From Vicinamibacterales bacterium (lineage in GTDB: Bacteria; Acidobacteriota; Vicinamibacteria; Vicinamibacterales; UBA8438): a stretch of 64,000 nucleotides of DNA. A program made the translations under genes and the position numbers. The DNA is taken from the NCBI GenBank assembly GCA_963662835.3, contig OZ245367.1:5163-69162 (forward strand), written 5' to 3'. The notes beneath the pieces were generated by a model. The model had not been told where the DNA came from and ran no database searches. It was given only the letters and a program-made list of their open reading frames with translations. Of the stretch, positions 54,254 to 62,749 are shown in pieces; position 1 is the stretch's first letter, and every line of letters begins with the position of its first letter.

Positions 54254-55716
54254 CAGTCCGTGGTGAAAGTCTGTCCTGGAGGGATCGACACGGCCGATCC
54301 CGTGCCCTACACTGGCCGGAATGGCGATGGGGACGACGCGGGACGGTGGGTCACAACAATCGATGTGGGTGGCGACTTCGGACCTGCCCCAGGGCGGCGG
54401 GCATCCGTTCTATGAGCGCCTGAACCAGGTCCTGCGCGCGGGCGGCTTCGATGCGTTCGTCGAAGAGCTGTGCGCACCGTTCTACGCGCGTATGGGGCGG
54501 CCAAGTCTGGCGCCGGGTCGCTACTTCCGGCTGCTGCTGGTGGGCTATTTCGAGGGCCTGGATTCGGAGCGGGCTATCGCTTGGCGGGCGTCCGATTCGC
54601 TGAGCCTGCGGTCGTTTCTGCGTCTGGCGCCGCCGGCCTCGCCGCCCGACCACTCGACGATCTCGCGGACGCGGCGGTTGCTGAGCGTCGAGGCGCATGA
54701 GGCGGTCTTCACCTGGGTGTTGCAGCGACTCGCCGACGCGGGTCTGCTGCGGGGCAAGACGGTGGGAGTTGACGCGACGACGCTGGAGGCGAACGCGGCT
54801 TTGCGCAGCATCGTTCGTCGCGACACGGGTGAGGACTACACGGCGTTCCTGACGCGGCTGGCCGAAGCGTCGGGTATCGCGACGCCGACTCGAGCCGACC
54901 TGGCGCGGTTCGATAAGTCCCGCAAGAAGAGGAAGAAGACATCAAACGCCGACTGGACTCATCCGCATGATCCGGATGCGCGGGTCACGAAGATGAAGGA
55001 CGGTCGGACCCACCTGGCCCACAAGGCCGAGCACACCGTGGACCTGGAGAGCGGCGCGGTGGTGGGCGTTACGGTGCAGGCCGCCGATACGGGCGACACG
55101 ACGTCGATGGTTGAGACGCTGATCGTGGCGGCCGAGCAGCTCGAGGCGGTTCAGCCGGAGGGGCCTGGCATCGAAGAGGTGGTCGGCGACAAGGGCTACC
55201 ACAGCAATCAGACACTGACTGACCTGAAGGCGCTGGGTCTGAGAAGCTACATCTCGGAGCCGGACCGGGGCCGTCGGTGCTGGAAGGGCAAGCTGACGGT
55301 TCGTGATGCGGTGTATGGCAACCGGCGGCGGATTCGGGGCGCGCGCGGCCGGCGGCTACTGCGGTGTCGAGGAGAACTGTTGGAACGACCGTTCGCGCAC
55401 GTGTGCGAGACCGGCGGGATGCGGCGGGTCCATCTTCGAGGGCATCCGAACATCCTCAAGCGGCTGCTCGTACACGTCGCCGGCTGCAACCTGGGGCTGC
55501 TGTTGCGGCAGGTGATCGGTGTGGGCACGCCGCGGAGCCTTCAGGGTCGGGCTGCGGCCCTATTCTGCGCTCTAATCGGGTGGTGGGGTGACCTGTGGCG
55601 CCCTCTGAGGCGTCTCTCGACGTTCTCCATGCCGATTTCGGCCAAAACCGGTTCGCCATTGCGCCATCACCGATTCCGCCCGTACGTGTGAACCTAGAGA
55701 CTTCCACCTCAGGCTG
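54254..55716 (+). mobile_element. IS5-family insertion sequence, copy 1 (1463 bp)
   Basis: The imperfect IRs are CAGTCCGTGGTGAAAGTCT and AGACTTCCACCTCAGGCTG. A 4-bp duplication CTAG lies at 54250-54253 and 55717-55720. Confidence 0.85.
54321..55691 (+). CDS. IS5-family DDE transposase (DUF772 N-domain)
   Basis: A 456-aa ORF containing PFYARMGRPSLAPGRYFRLLLVGYFEGLDSERAIAWRASDSLSLRSFL. DDE region features include VGVDATTLEANA and VVGDKGYHS. Confidence 0.85.
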   Translation: MAMGTTRDGGSQQSMWVATSDLPQGGGHPFYERLNQVLRAGGFDAFVEELCAPFYARMGRPSLAPGRYFRLLLVGYFEGLDSERAIAWRASDSLSLRSFLRLAPPASPPDHSTISRTRRLLSVEAHEAVFTWVLQRLADAGLLRGKTVGVDATTLEANAALRSIVRRDTGEDYTAFLTRLAEASGIATPTRADLARFDKSRKKRKKTSNADWTHPHDPDARVTKMKDGRTHLAHKAEHTVDLESGAVVGVTVQAADTGDTTSMVETLIVAAEQLEAVQPEGPGIEEVVGDKGYHSNQTLTDLKALGLRSYISEPDRGRRCWKGKLTVRDAVYGNRRRIRGARGRRLLRCRGELLERPFAHVCETGGMRRVHLRGHPNILKRLLVHVAGCNLGLLLRQVIGVGTPRSLQGRAAALFCALIGWWGDLWRPLRRLSTFSMPISAKTGSPLRHHRFRPYV

Positions 55717-55764
55717 CTAGAGTTGGCTGTGCTGACTGGGCAGCTGTCCGGCGGCGCGGGTTAG

Positions 55765-57227
55765 CAGTCCGTGGTGAAAGTCTGTCCTGGAGGGATCGAC
55801 ACGGCCGATCCCGTGCCCTACACTGGCCGGAATGGCGATGGGGACGACGCGGGACGGTGGGTCACAACAATCGATGTGGGTGGCGACTTCGGACCTGCCC
55901 CAGGGCGGCGGGCATCCGTTCTATGAGCGCCTGAACCAGGTCCTGCGCGCGGGCGGCTTCGATGCGTTCGTCGAAGAGCTGTGCGCACCGTTCTACGCGC
56001 GTATGGGGCGGCCAAGTCTGGCGCCGGGTCGCTACTTCCGGCTGCTGCTGGTGGGCTATTTCGAGGGCCTGGATTCGGAGCGGGCTATCGCTTGGCGGGC
56101 GTCCGATTCGCTGAGCCTGCGGTCGTTTCTGCGTCTGGCGCCGCCGGCCTCGCCGCCCGACCACTCGACGATCTCGCGGACGCGGCGGTTGCTGAGCGTC
56201 GAGGCGCATGAGGCGGTCTTCACCTGGGTGTTGCAGCGACTCGCCGACGCGGGTCTGCTGCGGGGCAAGACGGTGGGAGTTGACGCGACGACGCTGGAGG
56301 CGAACGCGGCTTTGCGCAGCATCGTTCGTCGCGACACGGGTGAGGACTACACGGCGTTCCTGACGCGGCTGGCCGAAGCGTCGGGTATCGCGACGCCGAC
56401 TCGAGCCGACCTGGCGCGGTTCGATAAGTCCCGCAAGAAGAGGAAGAAGACATCAAACGCCGACTGGACTCATCCGCATGATCCGGATGCGCGGGTCACG
56501 AAGATGAAGGACGGTCGGACCCACCTGGCCCACAAGGCCGAGCACACCGTGGACCTGGAGAGCGGCGCGGTGGTGGGCGTTACGGTGCAGGCCGCCGATA
56601 CGGGCGACACGACGTCGATGGTTGAGACGCTGATCGTGGCGGCCGAGCAGCTCGAGGCGGTTCAGCCGGAGGGGCCTGGCATCGAAGAGGTGGTCGGCGA
56701 CAAGGGCTACCACAGCAATCAGACACTGACTGACCTGAAGGCGCTGGGTCTGAGAAGCTACATCTCGGAGCCGGACCGGGGCCGTCGGTGCTGGAAGGGC
56801 AAGCTGACGGTTCGTGATGCGGTGTATGGCAACCGGCGGCGGATTCGGGGCGCGCGCGGCCGGCGGCTACTGCGGTGTCGAGGAGAACTGTTGGAACGAC
56901 CGTTCGCGCACGTGTGCGAGACCGGCGGGATGCGGCGGGTCCATCTTCGAGGGCATCCGAACATCCTCAAGCGGCTGCTCGTACACGTCGCCGGCTGCAA
57001 CCTGGGGCTGCTGTTGCGGCAGGTGATCGGTGTGGGCACGCCGCGGAGCCTTCAGGGTCGGGCTGCGGCCCTATTCTGCGCTCTAATCGGGTGGTGGGGT
57101 GACCTGTGGCGCCCTCTGAGGCGTCTCTCGACGTTCTCCATGCCGATTTCGGCCAAAACCGGTTCGCCATTGCGCCATCACCGATTCCGCCCGTACGTGT
57201 GAACCTAGAGACTTCCACCTCAGGCTG
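55765..57227 (+). mobile_element. IS5-family insertion sequence, copy 2 (identical by eye)
   Basis: The sequence is the same as copy 1, offset by 1511 bp. Its own duplication, TTAG, lies at 55761-55764 and 57228-57231. Confidence 0.85.
55832..57202 (+). CDS. IS5-family DDE transposase
   Basis: The 456-aa translation is identical to 54321-55691 in the ORF track. Confidence 0.85.
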   Translation: MAMGTTRDGGSQQSMWVATSDLPQGGGHPFYERLNQVLRAGGFDAFVEELCAPFYARMGRPSLAPGRYFRLLLVGYFEGLDSERAIAWRASDSLSLRSFLRLAPPASPPDHSTISRTRRLLSVEAHEAVFTWVLQRLADAGLLRGKTVGVDATTLEANAALRSIVRRDTGEDYTAFLTRLAEASGIATPTRADLARFDKSRKKRKKTSNADWTHPHDPDARVTKMKDGRTHLAHKAEHTVDLESGAVVGVTVQAADTGDTTSMVETLIVAAEQLEAVQPEGPGIEEVVGDKGYHSNQTLTDLKALGLRSYISEPDRGRRCWKGKLTVRDAVYGNRRRIRGARGRRLLRCRGELLERPFAHVCETGGMRRVHLRGHPNILKRLLVHVAGCNLGLLLRQVIGVGTPRSLQGRAAALFCALIGWWGDLWRPLRRLSTFSMPISAKTGSPLRHHRFRPYV

Positions 57228-57480
57228 TTAGGGTTCGCGCCCGCAGGGAGCTGGAAGAAACGCGATCCGAGCAGTTCGGTCGTGCCCGTGGCCTGTCGTG
57301 CGGCCGACGGTTGGCTGCCAGGACCGCCGAGGAGGTTGCCGACGATGACGTGCGTGGTCGTCGCTGTTCGGCTGGGCGTTTTCCCGGCGGCGGCGCAGGG
57401 AGCGCGACCACCTGGCGATCGACGAGCACGCCGTTGGAGACTGGCCCCTTTGGTTGTAAGAGTGGTGGGGAGCAACGCAA

Positions 57481-57813
57481 ATGCGAAGTCTACTAGACAT
57501 CCTTGGGGCGTTGGTCAGGGACCTGCAACACGACTACGACGAAGCGTGGTACTTGGCTGTCGCTGTCGTGTGTGCCGCGTCTTTTGTATTTTTGGGAATT
57601 ATCTCCACTGAAGACACGGACCAGTTGTTTAAGCCCATCTTTTCGGGACTACTCGGCACCGGTGTTTACCCGCCGGTTAAACACGTGTACGACATCAGAT
57701 CGCGACGACGGTGTTTTTCGACACTGCACCGGATTTGCGAGAACTGCAAGGACGAAACGCAGGCGCTTCGCAAGATTTTGACAAATGCGATCATAAAACT
57801 ACTGGGAGGCTGA
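57481..57813 (+). CDS. hypothetical small membrane protein
   Basis: A 110-aa ORF in lower-GC DNA with one hydrophobic helix (WYLAVAVVCAASFVFLGII). Its stop abuts the next start (TGAAATG). Confidence 0.5.
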   Translation: MRSLLDILGALVRDLQHDYDEAWYLAVAVVCAASFVFLGIISTEDTDQLFKPIFSGLLGTGVYPPVKHVYDIRSRRRCFSTLHRICENCKDETQALRKILTNAIIKLLGG

Positions 57814-57814
57814 A

Positions 57815-59239
57815 ATGGACCGGAACGGGCACGACGACGAGAGCCGCCACGGAGACGGCGATATAAACAACGACCCGGAACCTTTGATTGTGAAAGCTCT
57901 AACCGCCTACGAAACGCGTTCCCGTCGTTCGAGAAGAGTCTCGTTTGCCGTTGCCGTCGTGTGGTCGCTGCTTGCGGTGGCGGGTGTATTGTACCTCTTG
58001 GAAGGCCCACGATCAGCTCGCGACACCTTTGACGAGATTGCTGAACGCCATGGTGGATCGGACCCGCCGCTGATCGGCTCATCGATAAAGAAGGCCGGGG
58101 CTGAAGTTGGGGCGGGAGATGGAGAGGTCGACGCGGCCAGCGCCGCCGCCACGGTCGTTGGGTCGGAGTTGGCGAACCTGACCGAGTACTTTGGAGCCAC
58201 AGATACACTCTACACCATCGTCAGAGGGAGAGACACGTGGACTGACTACGCCATCGAGCGCGATGGCAGCGATGAATTTGCACTGCAGATGGCCGCGCTG
58301 CGCGCGCTTGGTTTGGTGGAGTTCGACGGCAACAACTACGCTGAGGCGACACCGACTATAATAGGGCTCGAACTGAGCCATTTGACAGCCAATGCACAAA
58401 CGCAGTTTTCGCACGCAGCCCCCGTCGGCCAGACTGACTCGGTCGAGTCCGCGCTACCAAGTGGGGCACCAGACGTTCTCCTTGAGCCCCTGTCCGGGCG
58501 TATCGGAGGGGAACGAGAAGCGTTGGCCACACCATCTGCTAATCCTCAGCAACTGGACATTGGTGGGGTATCTGTGGAGGGCGAAATCGGGTCGGTGGGA
58601 CCAACACAAAGGTGGTATGGAGTTACAGTTGATACGCCTGATTTGTATGTGTTTAGAACTAGCCGGCCTGAAGGTGCAGAACAAATGGACACGGTGATCC
58701 GCCTGTTGAATCGAGATGGTGAAGAGATAGGATATGATGACGATGCCGGCGACGGCCTGTACTCATTATTGCGTGAACGGCTACCACCCGGTGAGTACCG
58801 GCTCGGCGTAGCAGGCTACGATGGAATGCCTGGTCGTTTTGTGCTCTCGGTTGCCACGCACGTTGTGGACGTGGAACGTCAGCGTCAACGTCAGCGCGAA
58901 GTCCTAAGCACGGCCTCGCTATTGCGGCCCAACGGCGGCATCGAGGAGGGAATGCTCGATGGCGAGAGCGATGCCTGGTACAAGATAGACGTGGAGAATG
59001 CTGGAAGATACATAATCGCGACCGCGGCCCCGGATGAGGGCAACGGAGTTGATACCGTTATCAGATTGTACGACGATAGCGGCATGACACTACTTGGCGA
59101 GGATGATGATGGCCGCGGGACATACTACTCCGAGCTAACCGAAGAGCTGGCGGATGACACATACTACGTGCGAGTGAGCAGCTTTTGGCGTCGAGGCGGA
59201 GCGTTCACGATTGGGGTGTCGTCGGACGAGCCGAAGTGA
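57815..59239 (+). CDS. membrane-anchored protein with two PPC (pre-peptidase C-terminal)-like domains
   Basis: The TM helix is VSFAVAVVWSLLAVAGVLYLL. Two repeats of the pattern DTVIRL(L/Y)..G..(I/L)G.DDD.G.G.YS.L...L..G.Y.(L/V).V are separated by an RQRQRQRE linker. Confidence 0.65.
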   Translation: MDRNGHDDESRHGDGDINNDPEPLIVKALTAYETRSRRSRRVSFAVAVVWSLLAVAGVLYLLEGPRSARDTFDEIAERHGGSDPPLIGSSIKKAGAEVGAGDGEVDAASAAATVVGSELANLTEYFGATDTLYTIVRGRDTWTDYAIERDGSDEFALQMAALRALGLVEFDGNNYAEATPTIIGLELSHLTANAQTQFSHAAPVGQTDSVESALPSGAPDVLLEPLSGRIGGEREALATPSANPQQLDIGGVSVEGEIGSVGPTQRWYGVTVDTPDLYVFRTSRPEGAEQMDTVIRLLNRDGEEIGYDDDAGDGLYSLLRERLPPGEYRLGVAGYDGMPGRFVLSVATHVVDVERQRQRQREVLSTASLLRPNGGIEEGMLDGESDAWYKIDVENAGRYIIATAAPDEGNGVDTVIRLYDDSGMTLLGEDDDGRGTYYSELTEELADDTYYVRVSSFWRRGGAFTIGVSSDEPK

Positions 59240-60063
59240 GTGGCGCTGCCGTGGTAGCCTGCTGAGTCGCGGCGGGGTCCCCGATAACGGCCGATCGGTT
59301 AACCCCGTGCCTGGCGCTGACGCTGCCGCACCGCGGGCACGCGGGTCGAGGTGTCGTGCAGCCCCGGCCGTCCGCACCGCTCCGTCCGTCGCTCGCGTCC
59401 GTCGCACGAGGCCCCGCGGGTCGAGGCGACGATCGCGGACAGCGAGAGCCAGGACGCAAACCCGGTAGGGCGGGCTTCCGCGAAATCCGCCACGGGTCGG
59501 AGAAAAACAGCCCCCTCGACCGCGTCGAACTCCAATGTCTCCCGCGTTGGACCCGCGTGCCGGCTCAGCGAGCGTCCTCGCGCGACGCGCGACAATATCG
59601 ACGTCGACGACGGAGCGGAAGACGCGCTGAACGGCGGCGCTGTGGCCGCCGCTCGCCGACCCCTCCATCCTGCGGGGGTGGTTCTAAGCTCCCGTGCTTA
59701 CGCTTGCAGGTCGTCCACACTCGACACGCGGCCGTGAAGACGGCGGGCAGCCCAGCTGGCGCGGCGAGTCTCGCCGTCGCCCTGGCCGGCGTCCGCCGCG
59801 GCGTCGCAGGGGCGGGTCGGTGCTCGAGTACGAGCCGGAGAAGGGAGTGGGGATCGCAGATGCGAGCGGTGAGACCGGGGTAGGATGAACGATATGGGGC
59901 TGCACGTCCGAAGGATCGAGGTCGCTCGCCCAGGCGGTTGGAGCCTTGGTCGAACGGCCGGTGCCGGACCGGGCGAGATGCAAGCGTCCGGACCGCGTTC
60001 GCGGTTGAGAGACGTTCTCTTAGGCTGCCGACATCGTTCGGTCCGCCCGGACAGGCCAGAGTC

Positions 60064-61389
60064 GTGATCACGCGAATCGAGATCGACGGGTTCAAGACAT
60101 TCGACGGATTCGCGCTCGACCTGCGTCCATTCACCGCAGTAGTGGGGCCGAACGCCTCCGGCAAGTCGAATCTGTTCGACGCGATCAAGTTCGTCTCGCG
60201 CCTAGCGCAGACCGACATCCGCGAGGCGATGCAGGAATTGCGCGGACGGCCGGAGGAGTTGTTCCGCCGCACGTCGACTGGGCCCTCCGACCGAATGGCT
60301 TTCGCCTTGGAAGTACTGCTCGAGCCCAACGGCGTGGATCCGTTCGGAGAGCCCTTCGTCCTGCGGACGCAACGCCTTCGCTACGAGCTGGGGATTGCCA
60401 TGCGGACGGGCGCCGACCGGCGCCTCGAAGGGGTGTACGTGCAGCACGAACAGTGCCTGCCGATACGGCGAAAGGAAGATCGCGCTTCGACGGTTTGGAA
60501 GCCCGGCCCGGTGAAGTACGGTGGACAGATCAAAGCGTTCATGACGATGCGGCCCGAGTCGGCCGTCATCGAGATTCGTCAGGACGGTCCGGGCAAGAGA
60601 GGTCGTCCGCTGGCGTTGGCGGCCACCGAAGCATCGCGCACCGGTTTGTCCACGGTGACGACCGCCGAGTTCCCGCATCTGTACGCGCTCCGCACGCTGT
60701 TGTCCTCAGTACAGTTCCTGCAGATCGACCCACAGGCGTCCAGGCGAGCGACGGACCGACTGGCTCCGCGGCGGCTGCTGCCCGACGCGTCGAATCTCGC
60801 CACCGTGCTCGCCAAGCTCATGGAGGAGACGAGGACCGATAAGCGGCCCAAGGGATTCCTGTCGGATGTCGTCGCAGACTTGTCATCGCTCATTCCGTCG
60901 GTCGCTGATCTGGACGTTCGCGACGACCCTGGCGACTCGGAGTACTCGTTCGCCCTCAGGCTGCGCGACTCTCAGTCTTTCAGTTCTCGCGTGATCTCCG
61001 ACGGCACGCTTCGCCTTCTGGCCCTGGTGACCATCCTGAACGACCCCCGGCACGGTGGCGTTCTCTGCTGGGAGGAACCCGAGAACGGCGTTCACGAGGC
61101 GAGAATTCCGGAGCTGATGCAACTCATCCGGAACGCGGCAGGCACCGCCGCCTCGCAGGGAGCGCCATCTTACTTTCAGATTCTATTGAATACACACTCT
61201 CCAGTGGTCATGTCCGCGCTGAAGGACTACGAAGTAGTCGCTTCGGACGTCATATCGACGTTGACGCCGGAAACTCAATCCCGAACATCCCGAACGCGAA
61301 TGAGAACCGGAGTATCCACGAACCCGGAGAACGGGCTTACTCGTTCCGAGGTCGAGGCGCTCCTGCGCCGACACATCGAGACTGCGTGA
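60064..61389 (+). CDS. AAA/ABC-type ATPase (AAA_15/21-like, OLD/RecF-like N-terminus)
   Basis: GTG start. ITRIEIDGFKTFDGFALDLRPFTAVVGPNASGKSNLFDAIKF carries the Walker A. LCWEEPENGVHEARI carries the Walker B, and LNTHSPVV is also present. Confidence 0.75.
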   Translation: MITRIEIDGFKTFDGFALDLRPFTAVVGPNASGKSNLFDAIKFVSRLAQTDIREAMQELRGRPEELFRRTSTGPSDRMAFALEVLLEPNGVDPFGEPFVLRTQRLRYELGIAMRTGADRRLEGVYVQHEQCLPIRRKEDRASTVWKPGPVKYGGQIKAFMTMRPESAVIEIRQDGPGKRGRPLALAATEASRTGLSTVTTAEFPHLYALRTLLSSVQFLQIDPQASRRATDRLAPRRLLPDASNLATVLAKLMEETRTDKRPKGFLSDVVADLSSLIPSVADLDVRDDPGDSEYSFALRLRDSQSFSSRVISDGTLRLLALVTILNDPRHGGVLCWEEPENGVHEARIPELMQLIRNAAGTAASQGAPSYFQILLNTHSPVVMSALKDYEVVASDVISTLTPETQSRTSRTRMRTGVSTNPENGLTRSEVEALLRRHIETA

Positions 61390-61390
61390 C

Positions 61391-61640
61391 ATGTATCTGG
61401 CGTACGCGTTGTTCTGCGAGGGACCGTCCGATTACTCGTACTTCGAGGTCTTTCTTCCGCGCGTCATCGAATCGCTTGTGCTGAAGCTTGGCCGGGTGAC
61501 CGTGGACGTCCCCGAGCGGCCCGCCGTGCATCTCGGCAGGAGAGGCCGGGCAGTTGACGAAGTCGCAGCTGAAGCGTGTGACCGCCGAGAGGCGTTCCAC
61601 ATCGTGTTCGTGCACGCGGACACAGGCGGAAGAGGTCAAC
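61391..61640 (+). pseudogene. DUF4276-like (Toprim-related) partner gene, truncated by IS21-family copy B
   Basis: MYLAYALFCEGPSDYSYFEVFLPRVIE fits the N-terminal EG.(S/T)(D/E) pattern of DUF4276. It starts 1 nt after the ATPase stop and is cut after ..HADTGGRGQ at the IS end (61641). Confidence 0.5.
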
Positions 61641-61936
61641 TGTTCAGCGTCAACTATTTTTGCCGGTTCGCGACAGCCATTCTTGCCGGCTCAACTCGTC
61701 GGCCAGGTCAACGAGGTCCGCGGTGTCCACCGAGGGTCGTGGTCGGCCGGGACGCCCCGTCCAGGCTGGGCCGCAAGGCCCATAACTGCAATCTGAGTGG
61801 CGGGGCGGGCGGTGTGTCACCCGAAGGGCCGTAGCGAAGCGGAGGGCGCGCGCCAGCGCGTTGACACGCCGCCCGCCCCGCAGCTACGCCGTCCGGAGCG
61901 CAGCACTCGACGGTCGAAGCGGCACCGGCCGGCCGT

Positions 61937-62749
61937 TCACGAGGTCGACCGTCGGCGGGCTCGGGGCAGCAGCGGCCCCGGGGCGCGTCCCCGGGGAGCA
62001 GGTGACGGCGGCGATTTCCGGCGCGACCGGTCCGTGCGGTAGCTCGGGACGTCGAACTCGATCACCACCGCGTGGTGTACGAGCCGGTCGATCGCCGCGG
62101 CCGTGGCCATCTGGTCGCGGAAGATGCGGTCCCACTGGCTGAACATCAGGTTGCTCGTCACCATCACCGAGCGGCGCTCGTAGCGCTCGGCCAGAAGCGT
62201 GAACAACACTTCGGCTTCGTCCGGGCTCTGCTGAACGTAGCCCAGGTCGTCGAGCAAAATCGCCTCGAAGAGGTCCAGCTTCCGGAGGGCGCGGGGCAGG
62301 TCGAGGTCCCGTTTCGCGCCGAGCAACTCCTGCACCAGGGCGTAGGCCGGCGCGCAGAGCACGCTGTGGCCGGCCTCGACCAGCGCGTGTCCGATCGCGC
62401 TCAGCGCGTGGCTCTTGCCGACCCCCGGCAGGCCGAACGCAAGAACGTTGGTGGCCATCTCGAGGAACGCCCCGGTGGCCAGCGTCTCGAGTTGCTGCGC
62501 GACCGGAGCGGGGAACCTGCCGGTGTCGAGCGTCGCGAACGTCTTGCCCGGCGGCAACCGCGAGGCGCGACGCAACCGCGTGATCCGGCGCTGGCGGCGC
62601 GCTTCGGCTTCCGCCTCGAACACCTCGACCAGCACCGGCATCGCCTCGGGGTGACCGGCCTGCGTCAGCCGCGGCACCATCTCCTCGGCCGCCGTCGTCA
62701 GCCCGAACTGCGTCAGCAGCGACGTCACCTGCGTGCTCGCCGCCGTCAT
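61937..62749 (-). CDS. istB: IS21-family ATP-binding helper IstB
   Basis: 270 aa, near-identical to 37154-37966. Confidence 0.85.
   Translation of the reverse strand: MTAASTQVTSLLTQFGLTTAAEEMVPRLTQAGHPEAMPVLVEVFEAEAEARRQRRITRLRRASRLPPGKTFATLDTGRFPAPVAQQLETLATGAFLEMATNVLAFGLPGVGKSHALSAIGHALVEAGHSVLCAPAYALVQELLGAKRDLDLPRALRKLDLFEAILLDDLGYVQQSPDEAEVLFTLLAERYERRSVMVTSNLMFSQWDRIFRDQMATAAAIDRLVHHAVVIEFDVPSYRTDRSRRKSPPSPAPRGRAPGPLLPRARRRSTS

Noticed and set aside
59240-60060. ORFs on both strands between the PPC gene and the ATPase gene (for example 59135-59668 and 59356-59883).
   Set aside because: They have low-complexity Arg/Ala/Gly composition, mutually overlapping frames, and no motifs or RBS. 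I treated the stretch as non-coding or decayed DNA containing one copy of the GTCC.GATAACGG motif.
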